Assembly: GCA_051294375.1 (NCBI GenBank)
Contig: JBJCIZ010000294.1
Location: 1-10,838 of the forward strand
DNA length: 10,838 nucleotides
Source: Paraspadella gotoi
Lineage: Eukaryota; Animalia; Chaetognatha
Direction: 5' to 3'
Below, one piece after another: positions 1 through 8,523 of this stretch. Numbering within the stretch: position 1 is the first letter of the stretch; each line of letters starts with the position of its first letter. The notes beneath the pieces are model-generated. The model had not been told where the DNA came from, searched no databases, and was given only the letters and a program-made list of their open reading frames with translations. Made by a program: the position numbers and the translations under genes.

Positions 1-2551
1 TCGCCGCCCGCAGCCAGCCGCAGCCGCACGACACCGCCTCCCTCCTCAATCGAGCAGCCTATCACTTTCGTTTGCTTATGATTCCATCGTAAAAGAGAAG
101 CCCTAAGGCCTTGGAGAAGAAAGGACGCGGGACTACGAGAGTGACTATGTTTATGAACAGTACTCACGCACTCCCGCGACATAGTAACGAGCTAAAGCGA
201 CATTTGTTAGGAGTGGGCTACGGGTCAGAGTACCTTTAAAAATTAAATTACAATCAAGCATACTTTCTTGCTGGCACAGTTTTTCTGTGCGTTGACTAGT
301 GTACCCATCTTTATTTGTCCTCGTTTATGATTTGCATTCTTGATATGGAGCAAGTATTATGGAGCATCTACCAAGCTGAATTCCACCACCCACCATGTGG
401 ACTTTACTTCAACATTCCTAACAAATAGCACACTTCCCCACTGCTCCAGATGAATGAAAATTGATGGGTGGTCATCTGAAAAAATCACTTGAAAATCATG
501 ATGACATAACTTTTCTCCCATTGACGAAGACTACAATGAACTATTACCATTCCAAGGGACCTTCCATGGATTTCGGCTTCAGTCTGGATATCACGAGTTA
601 ATCCTCATCGTTATAGTTTCTGACTGCACACAAGACATCTTAACTCGGGTCTTTCAGTTATATTACTGAAATTGATCATTCACACAATTTTCCGCATTAC
701 ATCTAGGAATGTTTCTCTGAAAAGCATACCAGCTCTCGTGAAGATAAGCAGGGACTTGTTGCGATTCGAAGAGGGACAGTAAAGGTTGGCGGAGGCAGCG
801 ATGAGGTTTTCTAGCTTATACGTAAGGGAGGAGAGAGCCCAGAGCAGAGATACACGATAGACTTAGAGAGAAAGTATCCACAAGATATTTTTTCACTACA
901 TGTTTTCGAATTTTCCTCTCCTGCGATCAGATTCAAAGAGCAGACGCAAGGAATCACAGCTTTGGCCATCTATCATCATCGATCATGACGGCATGTTATT
1001 TGTCTATATGGAGGCTTATTTTTATATTATATTTCATGACACAGTGGACACGTATCCTCTCAAGTACATGAACGGGGCTAATTTACAAAAATTTTCCTTC
1101 CCATCTCTTTAGGCTTTTTTTAATTTTCTTTCAAATATATGACCGCTAACATCTCTGCCAGTTGCGAAAACCACTAGTCTTTCTGCTTTATAAAACAAGA
1201 TAACAATAATTGAAAATTAAAAATAAAGTTTTAATACCTGCATTTGGATTAGAGCGAGAAGTTATGTGTTATCACCCTTACTCGAACACGAGAGATGAAC
1301 ACATGTATGCTAGATAATAAAATAAACAAATGCAAACGAGAACTACTGCAGGGAAGTGTTTTTGATGCTATTCTCTCAAATGACACAGGACCTGGACACT
1401 GCGCATGAATATCTAACAAAAGAAGCAGAGGGGAATTTTGCCCGTTAGACACATAAAGAATAGGGTAGACGGACGCTTCCAACAAGACACCCTGGCCTGT
1501 AGCAGAATTTTTTCAAGAAGAGTGAGTAGATTCACCTTACACCTGCTTTTATTTCTCAGCTACACCAAGACCGGAGACCACGTCTTATCGCTCTTCGTTT
1601 AAATTCTGTTCCTTATATCTTCACTGCCAAACAACCACCTCCCAGTCTCCCGCCACATTCTCACTTCCCCACTTATCGTCCCTGAACTGTCTCTCCAACT
1701 TCGAAGTCTCTCGTTCTTTGTCATCATTATCTTCTCAGTTCCTATTTCTCTCTCTTGTTCATATCTGCCGCTACACTTCTTTCACAATTCCGGACCATTC
1801 CAACTCTAAGCTCACTAACCGCTCCACAAGACGAATATCCCACTATCTAACAGCTCAGATGTCGGTCGCAAAAAAAAGAGAGGAATTGTAGTGAATTTGG
1901 TTTTAAAGACTGACTTATTTGCTTTAAAAACGAACTAGTTTAATAGTGAAATCTGGTAATATTAAATTCAGGTTATAAAAGTCGTGATAACTTCAACAAT
2001 AAAATAAAATAAAAAATATTAAACGCAGGGACACAAGGCAAAGAAACTAGAAGTAAAGGAGAGAGATAGATAGATTATGGCTTTGCTTCAATCGCAAGTT
2101 TGATTGACTTGATGGATTGAATTGATTAATGATTGGGTTTGATTGCAAAAGCCTTACAAAACTTTTTGACGAAGCTGTGATATATTGCTTGTTCCTGGAT
2201 ATATTCTCCTTTCAACAAACATCTATTCATCTGAGGCGTATGTTAATTTCTATTACAGTCGTCAGTGCTCATCTCATGCTCTCGCAATGATCTTTAGGAT
2301 CCTCGCCAATCGCTCTACGTTGGTTCCGGTTTCTCACAAAAGAAAAGTCACATTCGCCCTTTAATCAACAAAACTTTTGGGGTATTTTCATTCCGAGGGA
2401 ATGTTAAAAGAAAGACAAATTTGTTTATTTTTAATTTTAAATCAGCGTTTTAAAAAACGTTTCCAACAAAGATTTCTATAGATCACATTTTTTATAAAAA
2501 AATTGTCCTTAGACCAGCTGCTTACCTCAGGACTTGTTGTCAGCTTTGTCA

Positions 2552-2623
2552 GCTCTGGTGGAAACGTCTCAACCTCCTCGCGGGTACCGAGCGGGAACAT
2601 CCTTTGGGATGGCAAAAGAGACG
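2552..2623 (+). ncRNA. HDV-like self-cleaving ribozyme
   Basis: P1 GCTC(T)GGT 2552-2559 / ACCGAGC 2586-2592. P2 CGTCTC 2565-2570 / GAGACG 2618-2623. P3 ACC 2572-2574 / GGT 2583-2585 with L3 TCCTCGCG. P1.1 GG at 2593-2594. P4 CATCC-TTTG-GGATG 2598-2611. J4/2 GCAAAA with the catalytic C at 2613. Confidence 0.88.
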
Positions 2624-2678
2624 GGGGCCCGAAAAACAAGGAAAAGGTCAGCCGAAAGGGGACTCCCGATCCGTTTTT

Positions 2679-5600
2679 ATGGGCAACGGAGTGGGCAAGG
2701 ACCTGCCACCCATGTCACCTCCTAAAACAACATACTGGCTACAGCTCTTAGGGCTGCGTCGCGTGATTTCAATAAGGATGAGGAACGAAGAAACTGATGG
2801 AAGTGAAGGCGGCCCTGGTGACAATCCATCCTAACCCAGGGCCAAGGGACAAGTCAGAGACAGCAAAGGAAGCAAGGAGGAATAGAAGAAAGGAAAAGAG
2901 ACAGGAGAAAAGAAGGAGGAAGCTAGAAAATGAAAGGCGAGAAGACAGTCAGAACGATGAAATTAAACAGCTAAATGTGGTTACCTGGAATGTCGCCAGA
3001 GAATGTCTTTAGAAGGCGCTAATTTTAAGAAAGCCCGATTAGTCGCCGCGAGAGGCGTTATAAGAGAATGGGATGTCGTTCTTCTAGAGCGAAATTTGGG
3101 CGGAAAAAGATGGTGTCATTTGGATGGGACAGGAGGAGGAAGCAGTAGTCATCATACATTCAACGAAGGCAGGAATCCTCCTGAGAGACGAAGCTTTAAA
3201 GAAATGGTGTGAAGAGGGACAAAAGAAAAAATTCTCAGAAAGATGCGTGTCAGTTAAACTGGGTAGGATCACACTGGTATCCACATACATGCCGGTGAAA
3301 AAGCGAGGAAACCTGATAGAAACAGAAGAAACTCGGGAAACGCTAAAAGAGCATATAGGCTGGACAAAAGATGATGAAATATTACTAGTGGGAGGAGACT
3401 TCAATGCGCATATAGGGGGAGATGAAAGTAGGAACAGGACTACGGGGGTCTTTGGACTAAGAAGGTCAAACGAGCAGGGCCGAGATTTGGTGAACTGGTG
3501 CGAGGAGAATGGGTTGTGTTGGGTCAACAACTTCTATAAGGAGAAAAACAGAGGGACATGGTTTTCAACTTTGAACGGGAGATGGTACGAGCTAGATGGA
3601 TTCATAATGAAGGCAGACCAACGCCACCATTACGTTANNNNNNNNNNGACTGTAGGTGATTTGTTCCTATCAGATCACAAACCCAAAAGAATTCTTGTGA
3701 AATTAAAAGGCAAAAAATGGAGGAGAGCCTTTAGCAGGAAAAAAGTACCGGAAATCAAATGGGAGATGTTGAAGATAGAGGAGACAGAGAGAAAGTACCA
3801 GGGAGAAGTAAGAAAGAAGCTAGAACAAGACAGAGAAGATCTAGGATTTATTTCATCTAACTGGAACAGATTAGCACGATGTGTAATGGAGGCAGCGGAG
3901 TTAACATGCGGAAAGAAGGACAAGGGAGTTTCAGACCCATGGATGCTAGGGAAGGAAGAAGAGATGGAACTTATGAAAAGATCGATAACAAACTTAATAA
4001 ACAAGAGGAATGAAATGATGGGAATAGGACGAGGAGGTGGAGGAGGAGATGAAGATTTAAATAAAGTAAAGACAGACCTGAGAGAAGCCAGAAATCTGTG
4101 GAATAAGACCAAGCGTAGATGGGAAAGAGAATGGTGGAATAATGTAATTAAGGAGTGTGCAGAGGCGGGCAGCAGAGGAGATATAGGGAAGNNNNNNNNN
4201 NTTTTACGCCAACTAGGAAGTAGAGGAATGAAGAAAGAAAGCTCGACCACACTGACCAAAGAGGAATTTAAGAACCAATTCTCAAAAGTAGGGTGTGAAA
4301 GGTTTGAAAACAGCCCAGATTCAATTATGAAAGAGGTGGACTGCGCGGTGGATTTAAGAAATGATATAAGGACAAAGAAATGGAGAAAAATTTTAAACGA
4401 AACACCAGACAAAAAAGAGATAGCGAGGGAAATGTCGAAGATGAGAGACGCTGCTCCGGGTGAAGATGGAGTCAGGTTGTTATATTTGATAAAAGGTGGA
4501 GATTTGGTGATGAACGAGTTTGTTAAGGTAGTAACTTTTATGTTTGAAAACGATGCAGACACGTGGGAAGAGGGCCTAAAGAGAGGTTTGGTGGTACCAA
4601 TTTGGAAGAGAAAAGGTAACAAAAACGACCCCAATAACTACAGAGGAGTTTGTCTNNNNNNNNNNGCGAGCAGAGTCTTGGCTAGAGTAGTAGCTAGCAG
4701 ACTTAAAAAGTGGGCTGAGGACATGGGGCTTCTGGATGACGATCAGGCAGGTTTTCGAAATGGTAGATCAACGGCTGACGCGACACAGATGATGATGAGG
4801 ATGCAGGAGGATGCTTTAGATCTGGAGAGAAGGAGATTAAAGAATCAAGACACATTTAATCCATCGGCAAGGTTGCTGGACCTAAGGAAAGCTTACCCAA
4901 GAGTAAACAAACCGGCTTTGTGGCGACTCCTAGGAAGATATGGCCTCGATGGTGCTTTCTTAAAAGTTCTGATAAACCTCCACGAGACGACAGAGTACGC
5001 GGTGAGAGGAAAAGAAGGAGCAAGTGAAGCATGGGTCCCACAGAGGGGTTTGAGAGAAGGGTGCCCTACCTCATGTGACTTATTTAACATCTACCATCAA
5101 GCCGTCATGAGGAGAGCTGCAGAGGAGAGAAAAAACAAAGCGAGAAGAGAAGAACCAAGTTTTTTGGGATCGAGTACAACTGGGTTCCGGTTGTTCTATT
5201 CAAGGGATATGTGGGTAGGAACAATTCGGAATCAGTCACGATAGTAATAGACAAGAGCCTTTTTGCGGACGACACGACGTTAGTAGGGGATGAGAGGAGC
5301 TAGAGGTTGGGGTCGAGATGTGAAAGAGTCATGGGCAGATATGAAGAGAGAAATAATGATGACAAAGAAGAGAGACTCGAGTTGGGAGAGGGATAGTGGG
5401 GAAAGTGAGAATGCCTGGGGAGCTGGATGCGGTTGAGTGAAGATATAGGAACAGAATAAAGAGAGCGAATTAAGACGTGGTGGAAGCTGAAAAAGCAGTT
5501 AAGTGGATCTAGCCTATCTAAAAGATTGCAGGCAAGGGTTGTGGAAGCGTGTGTAGAAAAATTCCTTGCTCTTTTGACAGCGCAGTCAGGGTCTGGACTT

Positions 5601-6477
5601 TGAGAGAAATTAAAACTCTGCAGAGTTTCGTAGATAAAGCATACAGGTATGTGTGGAGGAAGGGAAACAAACCGCCTCTAATCCAAATGCAGCAAGAAGT
5701 CGCAATATGCAAGATGTTAGTGTCCTATTTGAAATAAAAAGCCTAAGATGGAAAATTGAAAAGCGAGTACTTGAGAGGATAGGCCATGTGATGCGTATGG
5801 ATGATGATAGAATGGCAAAAGCTGTGATTCTTGGTTGATGAAGGAATTGGAAAAATGGGAACTTAAGGGTAGAAGAAACAGGCGCACAAACCATTACTGG
5901 AGAAAGCTACTACGAGAAGCTGGATAGATGTATGCGAAATTGGAGAAATAACTAAAGACCAGTAAAATCTGGAGAATTAACGTGAAAGAGCGAATGAGTC
6001 ACTTATGGAATGGGAGAAAAGTTTAGGACACAAATGGACAGGGGAAGTTGTAGTTAGGAATGTTGAAAGAAAGCCAGGGACGTTGGTATGCTCATACTGC
6101 AACAAGGAATTGCATCAAGGGCGGAGTCTAGCAACGCACAGAAAGCGAATGCATGAAGTCTCTAGCCATAAAAAGTCTTTTAGTTGTACTAAGTGCGGGA
6201 GTTGTTTTCAACAAGAGGCCAACTTGATGAATCATAGCAAAGTGTGTGGTGGTAGAGCCAAGGACCCGTGCAAAAGGAAATGTATTTGTGGAAAGAATTT
6301 AGCCCTCACTATACCAGTAGGCATAGGAAAATGTGCGAGAAGGCTCAGAACATGTTAACTGGGCATGAACATGAGTCAGCTAGAGTCTTTAAGAGTGTTG
6401 AGAGTAAAGTGTGAAATTATGTGGACTCGAGCTCGACAGATCAACATCGGCTAGGCCACATGCGACGACAGCACTAA
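2679..6477 (+). CDS. Retrotransposon polyprotein (APE endonuclease - reverse transcriptase - Zn fingers), broken by frameshifts in this sequence
   Basis: Joined from ORF pieces 2604..2834, 2797..3012, 3003..3212, 3124..5244, 5549..5737, 5653..5838 and 6005..6358. Stop TAA at 6475-6477 is equivalent to the stop at 10810-10812 in copy 2. The start ATG at 2679 is tentative (alternatives 2712, 2797). Confidence 0.85.
2797..2844 (+). other. Degenerate 2A-like (StopGo) motif, MEVKAALVTIHPNPGP
   Basis: NPGP at 2833-2844 follows a hydrophobic stretch and sits just upstream of APE, where 2A-like peptides occur in APE-type LINEs. It deviates from D(V/I)ExNPGP: T replaces D and H replaces E. Confidence 0.6.
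2971..3678 (+). other. APE (EEP-fold) endonuclease domain
   Basis: Motifs LNVVTWNV (2971-2994), WDVVLL(x)E, GGDFNAH (3391-3411), TW...ELD and SDH (3670-3678). Confidence 0.92.
4441..5430 (+). other. Non-LTR reverse transcriptase domain
   Basis: Motifs APGEDG, NYRG, QAGFRNGRSTAD, LDLRKAYPRV and GLREGCPTS..LFN. The catalytic FADD is at 5262-5273, in a shifted frame, and LGSW follows. Confidence 0.95.
6089..6474 (+). other. C-terminal array of four zinc fingers (frameshifted here, intact in copy 2)
   Basis: Copy 2 reads CSYC..HRKRMH, CTKC..(H)...C, CIC..HRKMC and CEIC..HMRRQH. The H of finger 2 is masked in copy 2 but present in copy 1 (NHSKVC). Confidence 0.85.
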
Positions 6478-6481
6478 GAGT

Positions 6482-6523
6482 GAGGCAGTCCCTCGTAGAC
6501 GAACGCCTTTCAAGTCAAGTCAA
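6482..6523 (+). other. LINE 3' UTR stem-loop and (TCAAG)n tail
   Basis: GAGGC 6482-6486 / GCCTT 6505-6509 encloses GTCC/GGAC (perfect in copy 2, 10823-10836). TCAAGTCAAGTCAA follows at 6510-6523. Confidence 0.7.
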
Positions 6524-6772
6524 TCGAAATATGACGCGATGCGTGGATCAGCGTGGGCAAAATAGCAGAGAAAACTTTTTCGCCTTTGCCGTCTTTTGAT
6601 TAAGGCATTGGAAAGTCACGAGTTCGATCCTAAGCGGCTTTGTTATTTTAAGCAGATGGCGCAATGGGCACTTAGATTGTCACTAACGTCGCGTATATTG
6701 TTAAAAAACCAACAAAAAAAAATACCAAAGTACAACAGAAACTCAACAACAACAACAATTTTCTCTATCATT

Positions 6773-6893
6773 CAGCTCTCTATCTCCATCTGTCCATCTC
6801 CATCTCCTTTCTATCTCTCCATTTCCTCTTTATCTCTCCATCTCTCCATCTCTATCTCCTTTCTATCTCTCCATCTCCCTCTCTTTCTCTCCA
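6773..6893. repeat. Degenerate (TCTCCA/TCTCTA)n pyrimidine-rich simple repeat
   Basis: Visible tandem tctcca/tctcta units. Confidence 0.8.
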
Positions 6894-7482
6894 TGAGAAA
6901 AAAAGAATCGATATCTCACCTGGATTTCTGCTCTGAAAAGTCGATGTGGACGAAAGGCGAAACCTTTTGTGCCGGTGGCGTTCCCCGACCGCCACGGAAG
7001 ATGGCGCCGGCGACTACGACGACGACACCGACGACGAGAGATCGCGACAAGGGCTCCTCCGATTGGCGGCGTCGACTTCGGCGTGTTTTCGTTCTCTGTG
7101 GGCGTGGGAGGGTCGGTGTCGCGATGCGGAAGGATCGTCGATCTGTGGTTTGAAAAAGGATGTATTTGATGCGTTGGGCGAAAATTGCGGATTTACAGAG
7201 TGACGCAATTAGGCGAAATAAACAATTAACAATTATTCTAACACTTACTTAAATTTTCTTCGAATTCGAATAAAGAGATGTTGGAAATATTTTATAAAAA
7301 TATACGGCGATATAAGTCGAAGAAAAAAAAAATCATCGAGGGGAAAAAAAGGGCAAATGAAAGAGCAAGAGAAAACGAAGGAAATAGTCAACCGAAAATA
7401 ATAACGCGAAAGATAATCGTAAAACGGTGAGTGAGATTAAGGTCAGAATTCTTTTACCCAGATCCTGGGATTCGGTCAGGGA

Positions 7483-7750
7483 TCACGATGAGTGTCGCGA
7501 GCGACGTCGTCGTTTCTTGTTTTTGTTTTGTTCTTTTTTTTTGTGTTGTTGTTGACTATTTTAAATCTACGTAATTAATAATTTATCATCAGTTTCTCGT
7601 TCTTGAGGCCCTAGCCTACCGCTTATATAACTCACTCAATCCCTCCTTTGTATCCGCGCCTTCCTTCTCCTTCGCTCTCACGCGGGTGATCGGCGTCATC
7701 GTCATCGTCAGAAAAGTGATACGGGTCCGCTGAGTCAGCGGGCGCGCCAT
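7483..7750 (-). CDS. Possible spliced host gene fragment (basic, low-complexity product of unknown function)
   Basis: ATG 7750 is open to a GT donor at 7619. A 64-nt AT-rich GT-AG intron (7619-7556) joins in phase to RQQQHKKKEQNKNKKRRRRSRHSS, with TGA at 7485-7483. An alternative ATG at 7773 lies in CAAGATGGCGGC. No homology recognised. Confidence 0.3.
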
Positions 7751-7765
7751 CTGGATTCGTTGGGC

Positions 7766-7891
7766 GCCGCCATCTTGAAGAAGAAGAAGAGGAGAGAGGA
7801 GGAGGCGTTCGGTGTGTCAGACTCGCCAGCGACGGCGCGCGGGTAATGTGGCCGCGGGGGCGTGACTAATCGATTGACGCGTCCCTTTATA
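7766..7891 (-). promoter_or_regulatory. Candidate Pol II promoter / 5' region
   Basis: On the minus strand, TATAAAG (7891-7885) is followed by a CpG-rich segment, a pyrimidine tract and the YY1/Kozak-like CAAGATGGCGGC. Confidence 0.3.
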
Positions 7892-8114
7892 GGGGGGAGG
7901 AGGAGAGGGAAGGGGGGATAAACGTTGAAGCGAAGTCGAATACAAAAGATGATAATAAGCTAAATGTATTAAGAGACTAAGGCAACTTATCATAGACCTT
8001 ACTCATTGGTAAGTCGCCTCAAGACAATATTAATGAATGCGCGAACCCTACGGACGAATCTATAAAAAAGACGATCGATGTTGAGACTAAAAAGTGATTA
8101 ATAAATCGAGCAAG

Positions 8115-8346
8115 TGAAGAGACAGTAATTATTGATAAGTGTTAATGACAGAACCGTTCAATATAAGCAGTTCCTGAGCTTCGGATCAGGCTGTAACACC
8201 ATGTTACAGGCGGGTTAAAGCGCCCCGTCCCTTCTAATTGCAGACGACCACCGGGCTAGAACCCCGACCTTTGGTTGGGAGGCGAATGACTTGCCTCGCA
8301 CCAATGGCCGTGATGAACGGTTGGTGGATTTTAAGTCCACCATACA
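8115..8346 (-). repeat. 3' LTR (232 bp)
   Basis: Direct repeat of 8524-8751. Similarity ends essentially at the TG/CA termini. Confidence 0.88.
8244..8311 (-). pseudogene. tRNA-like (Gly-CCC-like) segment in the 3' LTR, putative Pol III internal promoter
   Basis: Acceptor-like CGGCCA/TGGTCG, a CT-CCC-AA loop, a GGTC variable loop and a B-box-like GGTTCTAGCCC. The anticodon stem is poorly paired, so this is not a functional tRNA. Confidence 0.65.
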
Positions 8347-8357
8347 TCCCCCCTCCC
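8347..8357 (-). other. Polypurine tract (PPT)
   Basis: Minus strand GGGAGGGGGGA lies immediately before the TG of the 3' LTR. Confidence 0.85.
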
Positions 8358-8504
8358 GTAGGAGAAGTCTGTTGCGTCTCTTCAGTGAATTGTTGTTGGT
8401 GGAAAGTTCGTCACCAGTTGAGGCATGTCGCCTGATGTGTGTGGGCGGAAAGTGCATCGCCAGGTTTGAGATGTCGCCTGAAAGTGTTGTTGTTGCTGTT
8501 GTGT

Positions 8505-8522
8505 TCGGAAGTCGGCTCACCA
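8505..8522 (-). other. Primer-binding site (PBS)
   Basis: TGGTGAGCCGACTTCCGA begins 1 nt after the 5' LTR end (..CA-T-TGG). TGG is complementary to the tRNA CCA end. The priming tRNA is not identified. Confidence 0.75.
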
Positions 8523-8523
8523 A

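Larger units (their letters stand above)
2552..6523 (+). mobile_element. Near full-length APE-type non-LTR retrotransposon (LINE), RTE-like clade
   Basis: Collinear 5' ribozyme, APE, RT, the RTE-type C-terminal motif (LRWKIEKRVLERIGHVMRMDDDRMAKAVILG), zinc fingers, a short 3' UTR and a (TCAAG)n tail. No ORF1 or RNase H seen. The clade call is from motif recognition only. The 5' boundary is set at the predicted ribozyme cleavage site and could extend to ~2503. No TSD found. Confidence 0.93.

Noticed and set aside
340-1530. Coding-like fragments in the left flank, including ORFs 900..1112 and 1249..1485
   Set aside because: Short and interrupted with no recognisable homology. It could be an error-broken gene but cannot be supported without BLASTX or RNA-seq.
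2099-2146. Degenerate (TGAT/TTGA)n tract as a minus-strand LINE tail
   Set aside because: No adjacent 3' UTR similarity to the LINE.
3675-4634. 319-aa antisense ORF (also 3084..3530, 5610..5894, 9624..10031)
   Set aside because: These are shadows of the purine-rich LINE ORF, F/L/S-rich with no motifs.
6596-7153. 185-aa + strand ORF
   Set aside because: It runs through the TCTCCA repeat, has a TTG start and shows no recognisable domain.
7445-7465. U5 snRNA loop-1-like CTTTTAC
   Set aside because: It lacks the full GCCTTTTAC loop, the flanking stem and an Sm site.
8244-8311. Functional tRNA-Gly gene
   Set aside because: The anticodon and D stems are mispaired and the T-loop is non-canonical.
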